Program-made: the position numbers and the translations under genes
The notes under the pieces: generated by a model
Told to the model about the DNA's origin: nothing
Seen by the model: only the letters and a program-made list of their open reading frames with translations
The model's database searches: none
In this document: positions 13,696 through 25,414 of the stretch, in pieces
Layout: every line of letters begins with the position of its first letter
How positions within the stretch are numbered: position 1 is the first letter of the stretch
Source of the DNA: Octopus sinensis
Lineage: Eukaryota
Direction of reading: 5' to 3'
Length of the DNA stretch: 64,000 bases
Assembly (NCBI RefSeq): GCF_006345805.1
Contig: NC_043005.1
Location: forward strand, 98,766,001 to 98,830,000

Positions 13696-13797
13696 AGGGG
13701 GTGGGAGTGCGGGCGCACCCCACGAAAAATTGAGGCTGATCGATAGACAACAATAACTAATGAATTATATATAATATGTAATACTAGGCGAGGCTAT

Positions 13798-16230
13798 ATC
13801 ATCATCATCATCATCATCATTTAACGTCCGCTTTCCATGCTAGCATGGGTTGGACGGTTCAACTGGGGTCTGGGGAGCCCGAAAGCTGCACCAGTCCAGT
13901 CAGATCTGGCAGTGTTTCTACAGCTGGATGCCCTTCCTAACGCCAACCACTCCGAGAGTGTCGTGGGTGATTTTATGTGCCACCGACACAGGTGCCAGAC
14001 GAGGCTGGCAAACGGCCACGCTCGGATGGTGTTTTTTATGTGCCACCGACACAGGTGCCAGACGAGGCTGGCAGACGGCCACGCTCGGATGGTGTTTTTA
14101 TGTGCCACCGACACAGGTGCCAGACGAGGCTGGCAGACGGCCACGCTCGGATGGTGTTTTTATGTGCCACCGACACAGGTGCCAGACGAGGCTGGCAGAC
14201 GGCCACGCTCGGATGGTGTTTTTATGTGCCACCGACACAGGTGCCAGATGAGGCTGGCAAACGGCCACGATCGGATGGTGCTTGTTACGTGCCCACAGCA
14301 CGGAGGCCAGTCGATGCGGTACTGGCTACGGCCACGTTCGGATGGTTTTCTTATGTGCCACGTGCCACCGGCACTGGTACCACAAAGATACAAATTCCAT
14401 TGATGTTCATCTATTTTGATTTGTTTTGATTTGATTTGATTTTCACTTGCCTCAACAGGTCTTCACAAGTGTCACAAGAAGGAAGGTATGCACAGGTGGA
14501 CTGACTACGTCCCAGGTAGGGGCCATGGGTTATGGCCTGACTAGTCTTGCCGGGTCTTCGGATGGTGTTTTTATGTGCCACCGACACAGGTGCTAGATGA
14601 GGCTGGCGAACGGCCACGATCGGATGGTGTTTGTCATGTGCCCACCGCACTGACTACGGCACTGATGGATTTCTTGTGTGCCACAGGCACTGGTACCACA
14701 AGATACAAATTCCATTGATGTTCATCTATTTTGTCTATTTTGATTTGATTTGATTTGATTTGATTTGATTTTCACTTGCCTCAACCGGTCTTCACAAGTG
14801 TCACAAGAAGGAAGGTATGCACAGGTGGACTGACTAGTCTTGCCGGGTCTTCGGAAGGTGTTTTTATGTGCCACCGACACAGGTGCCAGATGAGGCTGGC
14901 GAACGGCCATGATCGGATGGTGTTTGTTACGTGCCCACAGCACGGAGGCCGGTCGATGCGGAACTGGCTACGGCCACGTTCGGATGGTTCTCATGTGTGC
15001 CACCGGCACTGGTACCACAAAGTGTGTGCCACCGGCACTGGTACCACAAAGATACAGATTCCATTGATGTTCATCTATTTTGATTTGTTTTGATTTGATT
15101 TTCACTTGCCTCAACAGGTCTTCACAAGTGTCACAAGAAGGAAGGTATGCACAGGTGGACTGACTACGTCCCAGGTAGGGGCCATGGGTTATGGCCTGAC
15201 TAGTCTTGCCGGGTCTTCGGATGGTGTTTTTATGTGCCACCGACACAGGTGCTAGATGAGGCTGGCGAACGGCCACGATCGGATGGTGTTTGTCATGTGC
15301 CCACAGAACGGAGGCCAGTCGATGCGGTACTGGCTACGGCCACTTTCGGATGGTTTTCTCTTGTGTGCCACCGGCACTGGTACCACAAAGATACAGATTC
15401 CATTGATGTTCATCTATTTTGATTTGTTTTGATTTGATTTGATTTGATTTTCACTTGCCTCAACAGGCCTTTGATTTTCACTTGCCTCAACAGGCCTTCA
15501 CAAGTATCACAAGGAGGAAGGTATGCACAGGTGGACTGACTACGTCCCAGGTAGGGGCCATGGTTTATGGCCTGACTAGTCTGCCGGGTCTTCGGAAGGT
15601 GTTTTTATGTGCCACCGACACAGGTGCTAGATGAGGCTGGCGAACGGCCACGACCGGATGGTGTTTGTTATGTGCCCACAGCACGATGGCCAGTGATGCG
15701 GTACTGACTACGGCCACGTTCGGATGGATTCTTGTGTGCCACCGGCACTGGTGCCACAAGCGGTACTGACTACGGCCAAGCGGTACTGACTACGGCCACG
15801 TTCGGATGGATTCTTGTGTGCCACTGGCACTGGTACCACAAGGATACAAATTCCATTGATGTTCATCTATTTTGATTTGTTTTGATTTGATTTGATTTGA
15901 TTTTCACTTGCCTCAGCAGGTCTTCACAAGTCGGAAGGTATGTACAGGTGGACTGACTACGTCCCAGGTAGGGCCCACGGGTTATGACCTGACTAGTCTT
16001 GCCGGGTCTTCGGATGGTGTTTTTATGTGCCACCATGTTCCCACAGCACGGAGGCCAGTCGATGCGGTACTGGCTACGGCCACGTTCGGATGGTTTTCTT
16101 GTGTGCCACAGGCACTGGTACCACAAAGATACAAATTCCATTGATGTTCATCTATTTTGATTGATTTTCACTTGCCTCAGCAGGTCTTCACAAGTGTCAC
16201 AAGAAGGAAGGTATGCACAGGTGGATCGAC
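13798..16230 (-). mobile_element. RTE 3'UTR-only insertion with tandemly multiplied internal segments
   Basis: (GAT)n tail at 13798-13820, five ~62-bp units (13975-14280), then six copies of a ~290-450 bp segment marked by GATACA(A/G)ATTCCATTGATG at about 14387, 14702, 15051, 15390, 15843 and 16128. No ORF sequence. Confidence 0.88.
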
Positions 16231-16299
16231 TATATATATATATTACAGAAATATACTTGCATAGCAAGTGACTTGATATGAGATTGTGTGCTGAAACAA

Positions 16300-16588
16300 A
16301 AACAATTGCAGTGTGGAAGGTGTTTATAAGCCATTTAAAAACATACAAAAATCTGTTAGATTCACTTCAACATTTAAATTTAATTTGTCAAAATATTTTC
16401 ATCCCTTTGTAACCATGACCTGTTGACTGTCAAAATCTTGTGCAGCGTGAAATTTTGTCAGTGAAAAGGTCATGGTTACAAAGCAATGAAAATATTTTGA
16501 CAAATTAAATTTAAATGTTGAAGTGAATCTAACAGATTTTTGTGTGTTTTTAAATGGCTTATAAACACCTTCCACACTGCAATTGTTT
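16300..16588. mobile_element. Foldback/MITE-like element with ~120-bp inverted arms
   Basis: 16300-16420 (AAACAATTGCAGTGTGGAAGG...AACCATGACC) is the near-perfect reverse complement of 16468-16588. Confidence 0.85.
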
Positions 16589-16595
16589 ATATATA

Positions 16596-16635
<40 letters not shown>

Positions 16636-16641
<6 letters not shown>

Positions 16642-17430
16642 TTTACTTTTGAAGCTATAGGGTATTATGCAAGCATTGAACTATGAGTGCATTGCATCTT
16701 ATAGCAGAAACAGCTGTAAGCTAATGGAGTGCATGACATTTCTTATTCCCTTGTCATTTTAATTTCTTTATATATATATATAATGTTGAGCAACATGCCT
16801 TATGTTTAAGTCTAAAGATCGTGTGTGCACCGTTGGCAATTTTTTTTCCTCTGTCTTCCCTTCTCTGGATCTTTCCTTTTCCTATGTTTCTGACTGAGCT
16901 CCACTCCACTCGAAACGTTAACCCTCCTTCTTCCCTCCTTCCTGAGCGTCCAATATACTATATTTGTTCCACGTCCTCGCGTTGTTGTGTTTTCATGTTT
17001 GGATTAACTTTATATATATATATTATATATATATATATATATGCACTTTACTTTTGAAGCTATAGGGTATTATGCAAGCATTGAACTATGAGTGCATTGC
17101 ATCTTATAGCAGAAACAGCTGTAAGCTAATGGAGTGCATGACATGTCTTATTCCCTTGTCATTTTAATTTCTTTATATATATATATAATGTTGAGCAACA
17201 TGCCTTATGTTTAAGTCTAAAGGATCGTGTGTGCACCGTTGGCAATTTTTTTTCCTCTGTCTTCCCTTCTCTGGATCTTTCCTTTTCCTATGTTTCTGAC
17301 GAAGAGCTCCACTCGAAACGTTAAACCCTCCTTCTTCCCTCCTTCCTGAGCGTCCAATAATACTATATTTGTTCCACGTCCTCGCGTTGTTGTGTTTTCA
17401 TGTTTGGATTAACTTTATATATATATATCT
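16636..17430 (+). repeat. Tandem duplication with ~405-bp period, each copy containing a Penelope-like fragment
   Basis: ATGCACTTTACTTTTGAAG starts at 16636 and again at 17041. The copies differ by small indels and are bounded by TA runs. Confidence 0.92.
17292..17326 (+). ncRNA. Minimal type I hammerhead ribozyme motif of Penelope-like element type
   Basis: GTTT-CTGACGA-A-GAG-CTCCA-CTC-GAAAC-GTT-AAAC: stem I GTTT/AAAC, core CUGANGA, stem II GAG/CTC, GAAA, loopless palindromic stem III (AC/GT), GUU cleavage triplet. Confidence 0.7.
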
Positions 17431-18910
17431 ATATATATATATATATACACATACAGGTTTATCAATGCATTTTGCAAGCTTCAGTATGTGAGAGCGTGTG
17501 TTGAAACAGATATTGTTGTATTTTGGGATGGTAATTTTTTTTTTCCAAATAAACACACGCACTGTATATATTTTTTTCTTCACTCATTTGTTACTGTTCT
17601 TATTTTATTATTTCTGGACAATGGACGTGAGTTAATAATAAGATAAGAACAGTAATAAATAAATGGAGAAAAAAAATATATAGTGCATGTGTTTCTTTGG
17701 CAAAAAAAGAAAAAAAGAAACATAATATATATGTATGTAATGTATGTATTCTCTTTTGTATCTTATTGTTTCCCACTCTTTCCCCCAACTGTTTAGGCTT
17801 CTATCTTTTCCCTTCATCTTTTTCTCTCTCTATCCATTTCACCCTCTCTCTCTCTCTCTCTCTCACCTGCCACTACCACTCACTACATGTGATCAATTTT
17901 TGTTCAAAAAGATTCTCACATAACCGCATAATGGCTACCCCCCCCTCTCTCTCTCTCTCTCTCTCCATCTCTCTCTGTGGTTGTTATTGTTACTGTTGTG
18001 ATTGTTTTACTTCTCATCTCCCCTCCTGCCTTCCCTTTTCATTACCACCACCCTCACTACCACACAACCACTAACACCACTACCAATGCACATACACCCA
18101 CCACCACCACCCACACAACCATCACCACCACCACCTACACAACCACCTTATTACTACCACTCATCAACATACAAACAACGTCCACCATCACCCTGCCATC
18201 ACCACTACACACCACCACCATCGCCATTGTCAAAAATAGTGTTTTTCTTTCTTTTTTAATTGTTTTCTCCATTCTCCCCTGTTGTTCTCCCAACCCAGTG
18301 ACCCTCCTTTCCTCCTAATCTTGTTGCCCTTGTCAACCCCAATTACTCTTCTCCACACATCTCTGCACTTTCTCATCTTTATTTTCTATAATTTTGATTT
18401 TAAATTTCCATTCCTTTTTCTTTTTCATATTTTTAAATAAAAATTCTATTTTCTCCAGTTTTTTTGTTTGTCACCCCCTCCCCACCACATTAGAGGCAGG
18501 GTTTGAGTCTTTTGTTGTTTATTTTGTTTTTTTACTTGAGTTTTGTTTCCTTTTTGTTCATCGGGCTGATTATGCAAAACCCCTCCAGCAACAACAACAA
18601 TAATATCCACCCATAGCCATTGCTTTAACTCATAAGCCAGTAAACCTTCCTCTACTTGCTTATTTGATCTGGTAGAAATAACAGTCAGATCTCCCTCAAA
18701 GCACACCTTACCATTTTAAGGAAAGACACATATCCTCTTCCTCCTTTTGAACAAGAACAACACACAATTAGAATGTTTGAGGTTGCAACAAAGGACACCT
18801 TACTATGATTAAGGGTTATACTGTGGTAAACACAGCCATCTTCAACTTGAGTCCCCAAAGAACTACTAACCCTCTTTAACACTCAGGTGGGATCCATGAT
18901 AAAATACAGA

Positions 18911-21222
18911 TAAAAAGCATCAGTAGAGTGGGGTCCTTGCCAGTACCGCCTGACTGGCTCCTGTGCCAGTGGAATGCAAAAAGCACCATTTGAGTGTGAC
19001 TGATGCCAGTGCCACCTGACTGGTGCTCATGCTGGTGGCACATAAAAAGCACCATTCAAGCATGGTCGATGCCAGTGCCACCTGGCTGGTACTCGTGCCA
19101 GTGGCACATAAAAAGCACCATTCAAGCATGGTCGATGCCAGTGCCACCTGGCTGGTACTCATGCCAGTGGCACACAAAAAGCACCATTCGAGCATGGCTC
19201 GAGCCGTGCCACCTGGCTGGTACTCGTGCCAGTGGCACATAAAAAGCACCATTCAAGCATGGTCGATGCCAGTGCCACCTGGCTGGTACTCGTGCCAGTG
19301 GCACATAAAAAGCACCATTCAAGCATGGTCGATGCCAGTGCCACCTGGCTGGTACTCATGCCAGTGGCACATAAAAAGCACCATTCGAGCATGGTCGATG
19401 CCAGTGCCACCTGGCTGGTACTCGTGCCAGTGGCACATAAAAAGCACCATTCAAGCATGGTCGATGCCAGTGCCACCTGGCTGGTACTCATGCCAGTGGC
19501 ACATAAAAAGCACCATTCGAGCATGGTCGATGCCAGTGCCACCTGGCTGGTACTCGTGCCAGTGGCACATAAAAGCACCATTCAAGCATGATGTCGATGC
19601 AGTGCCACCTGGCTGGTACTCGTGCCAGTGGCACAAAAAAGCACCATTCGAGCATGGTCGATGCCAGTGCCACCTGGCTGGTACTCGTGCCAGTGGCACA
19701 TAAAAGCACCATTCGAGCATGGTCGATGCCAGTGCCACCTGGCTGGTACTCATGCCAGTGGCACATAAAAGCACCATTCGAGCATGGTCGATGCCAGTGC
19801 CACCTGGCTGGTACTCGTGCCAGTGGCACATAAAAAGCACCATTCAAGCATGGTCGATGCCAGTGCCACCTGGCTGGTACTCGTGCCAGTGGCACATAAA
19901 AAGCACCATTCAAGCATGGTCGATGCCAGTGCCACCTGGTGGTACTCGTGCCAGTGGCACATAAAAAGCACCATTCAAGCATGGTCGATGCCAGTGCCAC
20001 CTGGCTGGTACTCGTGCCAGTGGCAACATAAAAGCACCATTCGAGCATGGTCGATGCCAGTGCCACCTGGCTGGTACTCGTGCCAGTGGCACATAAAAAG
20101 CACCATTCAAGCATGGTCGATGCCAGTGCCACCTGGCTGGTACTCGTGCCAGTGGCACATAAAAAGCACCATTCAAGCATGGTCGATGCCAGTGCCACCT
20201 GGCTGGTACTCATGCCAGTGGCACATAAAAAGCACCATTCGAGCATGGTCGATGCCAGTGCCACCTGGCTGGTACTCGTGCCAGTGGCACATAAAAAGCA
20301 CCATTCGAGCATGGTCGATGCCAGTGCCACCTGGCTGGTACTCGTGCCAGTGGCACATAAAAAGCACCATTCAAGCATGGTCGATGCCAGTGCCACCTGG
20401 CTGGTACTCGTGCCAGTGGCACATAAAAAGCACCATTCAAGCATGGTCGATGCCAGTGCCAACTGGCTGGTACTATGCCAGTGGCACATAAAAAGCACCA
20501 TTCGAGCATGGTCGATGCCAGTGCCACCTGGCTGGTACTCGTGCCAGTGGCACATAAAAAGCACCATTCGAGCATGGTCGATGCCAGTGCCACCTGGCTG
20601 GTACTCGTGCCAGTGGCACATAAAAAGCACCATTCAAGCATGGTCGATGCCAGTGCCACCTGGCTGGTACTCGTGCCAGTGGCACATAAAAAGCACCATT
20701 CAAGCATGGTCGATGCCAGTGCCACCTGGCTGGTACTCGTGCCAGTGGCACATAAAAAGCACCATTCAAGCATGGTCGATGCCAGTGCCACCTGGCTGGT
20801 ACTCATGCCAGTGGCACATAAAAAGCACCATTCGAGCATGGTCGATGCCAGTGCCACCTGGCTGGTACTCGTGCCAGTGGCACATAAAAAGCACCATTCG
20901 AGCATGGTCGATGCCAGTGCCACCTGGCTGGTACTCGTGCCAGTGGCACATAAAAAGCACCATTCAAGCATGGTCGATGCCAGTGCCACCTGGCTGGTAC
21001 TCGTGCCAGTGGCACATAAAAAGCACCATTCAAGCATGGTCGATGCCAGTGCCACCTGGCTGGTACTCATGCCAGTGGCACATAAAAAGCACCATTCGAG
21101 CATGGTTAATGCCAGTGCCACCTGACTGGCTCCTGTGCCAGTGGCATGTAAAAAGCATCATTCGAGCGTGACCGATGCCAGTGCCACCTGACTGGCTCCC
21201 ATACCAGTGGCATGTAAAACGC
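18911..21222. repeat. 66-bp tandem minisatellite, ~35 copies, within an RTE-type 3'UTR
   Basis: Unit GCCAGTGCCACCTGGCTGGTACTCGTGCCAGTGGCACATAAAAAGCACCATTCAAGCATGGTCGAT; the units at both edges are degenerate. Confidence 0.96.
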
Positions 21223-21392
21223 ACCCACTACATTCTTTAAGTGGTTGGTGTTAGTAAGGGCATCCAGCTGTAGAAACCTTGCTAGATCAGACTGGAGCCT
21301 GGTGCAGCCTCTTGGCTTGCCAGTCCTCAGTCAAACTGTCCAACCCATGTCAGCATGGAAAGTGGATGTTAAATGATGATGATGATGATGAT
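21223..21392 (+). mobile_element. RTE-type 3' terminus with (GAT)n tail capping the 66-bp array
   Basis: CACCCACTACA...GTGGTTGGTGTTAGTAAGGGCATCCAGCTGTAGAAAC...GGAAAGTGGATGTTAAA(TGA)n. Confidence 0.9.
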
Positions 21393-21590
21393 ACTGGTAT
21401 AACCAAGTGTTACTACAACTAACTGTTATAACCATCTATTACTGCACCTAACTGGTATACTTATGTATTACTACAACTAGTATAACCATGTGTTACAGTA
21501 AGCAACTGGTATAACTATATATTACTTTACCTGACTGCTGTAGCTCTGTATTACTACATGTGACTGGTATAACCATGTGTTACAGCTGTC
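21393..21590. repeat. Degenerate ~29-bp minisatellite
   Basis: Recurring ACTGGTATAACCATGTGTTAC-like units. Confidence 0.6.
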
Positions 21591-22620
21591 CATAATATTT
21601 GAATAGAACTGACTAAAACTACACCTCCCTCTCCCTGCTGTTTCACAATCCCTGTAATTGACTCCCAACAAACACCCATAACAACAATAACAACCATATT
21701 CCTAGTTCAATTTGTTTTTATTCTTTTCAGTTAGTAAAGTTAAACAAACAAGTTTATTGTGTAAAGTGAGAGGAAGGGCCAACAGCCATGTGGGTGGGTG
21801 GGAGCAAGGTGGGATCATTCACTGATATTACTAATGAGAGATTACAGAAATTGGTAAGAAATCCCAAATGAAACAAATAAAATCTTTTTATTTGCGTTTT
21901 TTTTTTAAATCTGGTTTTAATTTCTTCTTTTTCTTCTTTTTTTTCCTGTGTCCTCTATTTATTTTGTGGACACACTAATTTCATATATTTCTTGTAATTC
22001 ACATAGCTGATGTGGATCAATGATGTCATTGCTTCAATTTACCTATATTCTATCATACTGGCTACTCTTGACTCAATAGCAGTTTTAAAACTTAATTTGC
22101 TGTTGTTGTTGTTGTTATTTTCTATACCTAATCCATCATTCCCTGACATTCAACCCCCTATTGACAAGGTTTGGCTTTCAGAACTGTTTGTCATTCACTC
22201 AATTTCTTTGTCAGCCGAGACGTTGATGCATGATAACAAACACCAGCTTCACCATTCATTGGATCAACTATTGTGAGCAGGAAAAGCTGTTCCCTCATTT
22301 CTTAGGCTTCAGTTTACATTAACCTCAACAGTTTTGCCAACATTTTTGTTCAATAATTTATTGTCATATGTTATGATGAAAATACTGGTGAGCTGGTGTG
22401 TTAAACCTATCAAAATAATTTGGGCTCATTTGTTGAAGTAGTAATTGTGCATGTTTGTGTATTTTAAGGTCCTCTCCCTCATGGAATTCAATCATTTCTT
22501 TTGATTATCTAGGAATATTTTTTGATGGCAGAAAGATGGGGTTGTTCTTGATTGAATCAACCCAGAACAATGCATTTGCTTTCTACTCTTTTTCTTTTCT
22601 TTTGTGAGCCATTCTGGATG

Positions 22621-22685
22621 TTGCAAACAGGAATTCGTTTTATTGATGCAGGATTATTGATGCAGGATTATTGATGCAGGATTAT
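22621..22685. repeat. 14-bp tandem repeat (ATTATTGATGCAGG), ~4 copies
   Basis: Directly visible. Confidence 0.85.
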
Positions 22686-23349
22686 TGATGCAGGATTATT
22701 GAAATGTGACGTCAGTTATGTTAGGATTTGAATTAAAAAAAAACTATATTCTCTAAAATCTCTAACTAATCTTTTTAACCTTTTTATGACCCCTTCTGTT
22801 CTAATAAATAATAATATCTATTCATTGATAAGGGGAAGTGTTACAGTTGTTTGACAACACTGCATCAGTAGTATTTCTTCAAATTTTGGAAATTTAGATG
22901 TATTGAAATGGATAATGGCTGGTTTAATAATTTAACAGTTCCTAGAATATCTGGTCAGGTCTACTTGGTTAGTCATCATTGAAGCAGAGCTGGACAATAT
23001 CTTCTAAAACTCTGAGCTACCGAGTGGTTTCTAACCTAAATTCCCAAGCACCGGAATTATGTTAAGTTTCAGTTTTCTACTGTACCCTCCTCACAGAAAC
23101 ATAACCCCTACCTCCATATATTTTATGCTGAAATAAAGTAATTTTTTTTCTTGTAGCCAATCACAAGGTTAATTTTTTGAAAATGTTGAGGAATAATTTA
23201 TCAACTAAGCTTTATTATAATATCAGCATAAATTTAAAGTGTAAACCTCAAATCAGGTTGAGTACAATATGTACGCTTATGTATAACACTGCATAATAGC
23301 GAATTAAAAATGAAATATTTGTTATGAAAGAAACGATGGTAATAATGGT

Positions 23350-23720
23350 TTTAAATTTTGGCACAAGGCCAGCAATTTTGGGAGAGGGGCAAGTTGATTA
23401 CATCAACCCCAGTGATTAACTAGTACTCATTTTATTGACCCTGAGAGTCAAGGTTGGCTTCAGCGGAATTCAAACTCAGAATGTAAAGATGGATGAAATG
23501 CCACTAATAATAATAATAATAATCCTTTCTACTGTAGGCACAAGGCCTGAAATTTTGGGGGATGGAGCAAGTTGATTACATCAGTTCCAGTGCATAACTG
23601 ATACTTATTTCATCAATTCCAAAAGGATGAAAGGCAAAGTTGACCTTGGCAGAATTTGAACTCAAAACATAAAGATGGACAAAATGCCACTAAGCATTTT
23701 GCCTTGTGTGCTAATGATTC
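23350..23720 (-). mobile_element. Two degenerate tRNA-derived SINE copies head-to-tail, joined by (AAT)n
   Basis: Reverse complement of the family seen at 28469-28705 (aaaggcaaagttgacc, aatttgaactca). Confidence 0.75.
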
Positions 23721-24354
23721 TTGTTGATTGAAATGTGAAGTCAGTTATGGCAGGCTTTGATCCCCCAAAACCAGGTATTCTAAAACCTCCACCTGAGCTT
23801 CCTAACAATTACATAATCTCTTTTTATTCTAATAGCATAACATTGCACTGAACCACACTGCAGTATACTACACCATGCTATACTGCAACACACCACATTA
23901 TACTATGTGGTATACAATACTACTTCACACCACATGACACTACATAACACAACACCCATATTATAGCATGCAACACTAAAATACACTACATTGCACTAAC
24001 CACACCAACACCACATTGTATCACTTTACCCTTCAACATTTCAACCTGCAGTACGTTGCACTACACCACTCTACATTACAATGCACTACACCACTCTCTA
24101 CTGTAGTGCATTACACCATACCACATCACAGTACATCACACCATACTGTCAGAAATATTGAAAGGATATGTTAAACAGTATCAATTCTACATAAAGATGT
24201 GATGGTCATCCATAGATTGTGTCACCATAAGACTGCTGGATTAGGTTGACCTATGGTTAAACTGCAGATAATAAGAACTGGATGGGTGAAAGTGTCTGTC
24301 ATCTGAATTCACATCCATATATATTTATGCACATATCAACATAGCTAAACATAT

Positions 24355-24660
24355 CATCATCAACATCATCATCGTTTAACGTCTGCTTTCCATGCTAGCA
24401 TGGGTTGGATGATTTGACTGAGGACTGGCAAACCAGATGGCTGCAGCAGGCTCCAATCTGATCTGACAGAGTTTCTACAGCTGGATGCCCTTCCTAACGC
24501 CAACCACTCCGAGAGTGTAGTGGGTGCTTTTACGTGCCGCCAGCACGGGGGCTAGTCAGGTGGTACTGGTAATGGCCATGCTCAAATGGTGTATTTTATG
24601 TGCCACCTGGCACAGGAGCCAGTCCAGCGGCACTGACAACGGCTTCGCTCGAATGTTCGT
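24355..24660 (-). mobile_element. RTE-type 3' fragment (66-bp-unit subfamily)
   Basis: (CAT)n-GTTTAACGTCTGCTTTCCATGCTAGCATGGGTTGG...GGATGCCCTTCCTAACGCCAACCACTCC. Confidence 0.85.
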
Positions 24661-25414
24661 CATAACCATCTATTTTTCTATATTTGCATGAGTGTGAGAG
24701 AAGTCATTGAGGCTGGTTTTCTATCACTGGATGCCCTTCTGTGTCACCACCAGGCGTCACTTGTTTCCAAGCAAGGTAATATTTCCCAATGAACGGGCAT
24801 GTTTCCATGAAGGAATGGAAATGAATGACACTGCTTTCATGATGGTGGCACTCATTTACAACTATCCTGCCATGTCATGTTGAGGAAGCACGAATACACA
24901 TAACCACACCCCCACCCCACCTTACATACACACATGATGGGCTTCTTTCAGTTTCTGTTTACTAAATCCACTCACAAGGCTTTGGTTGGCTTGGGAGTAG
25001 GGTAGAAAACACTCACCTAAGGTGCCGTGCAGTGGGTCTGAACCCAAAGACCATACATTCGTACTAAAGGTGTGTGTGTGTGTGTGTGTGTAATATATAC
25101 ATGCATATATACTCATATCAACTTAATCCAAAGATATATATTTACAAATGCTAATGTCTCAAGATATCTATACTATGGCAAACTGACACAGCTACAAACT
25201 CATGTCACATACAACAACATACCCATATCATAAACAGTCTCTACCTACACACACACACACACACACACACACACTTTACGCATGCCATAAACAATATATA
25301 CACACATACATGACCTGAATATGAAATTATAAACCTTCACCTCACATTCTTCCATATTTCCATTCCTGCTGTGAATATTTTATTGTATTCACCAGGTAGT
25401 TAATTGGCTGATAC

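Larger units (their letters stand above)
6500..13797 (-). mobile_element. Near full-length RTE-clade non-LTR retrotransposon, antisense in the RIC1 intron, with a tandem-repeat 5' region
   Basis: (GAT)n tail at ~6500-6522, 3'UTR ~6520-6900, single APE-RT reading frame ~6900-9998, then 5' repeats to ~13695 and ~100 bp of unique sequence. The 5' boundary is inferred and no target-site duplication was seen. Confidence 0.85.

Noticed and set aside
10035-13753. Dozens of near-identical 69-aa ORFs, and a CRISPR-like appearance
   Set aside because: Artefact of a 74-bp unit (not a multiple of 3). There are no unique spacers, no cas genes, and the context is eukaryotic.
14440-14465. CTGTTGAG...GTGAAA on the minus strand of the RTE 3'UTR as a hammerhead core
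   Set aside because: The conserved A of CUGA is replaced, and no stem II or stem III/NUH can be formed.
18920-21224. Long ORFs of up to 381 aa with 22-aa repeats
   Set aside because: A 66-bp unit keeps frames open on both strands; single-base indels switch frames freely, and the sequence is LINE 3'UTR-derived.
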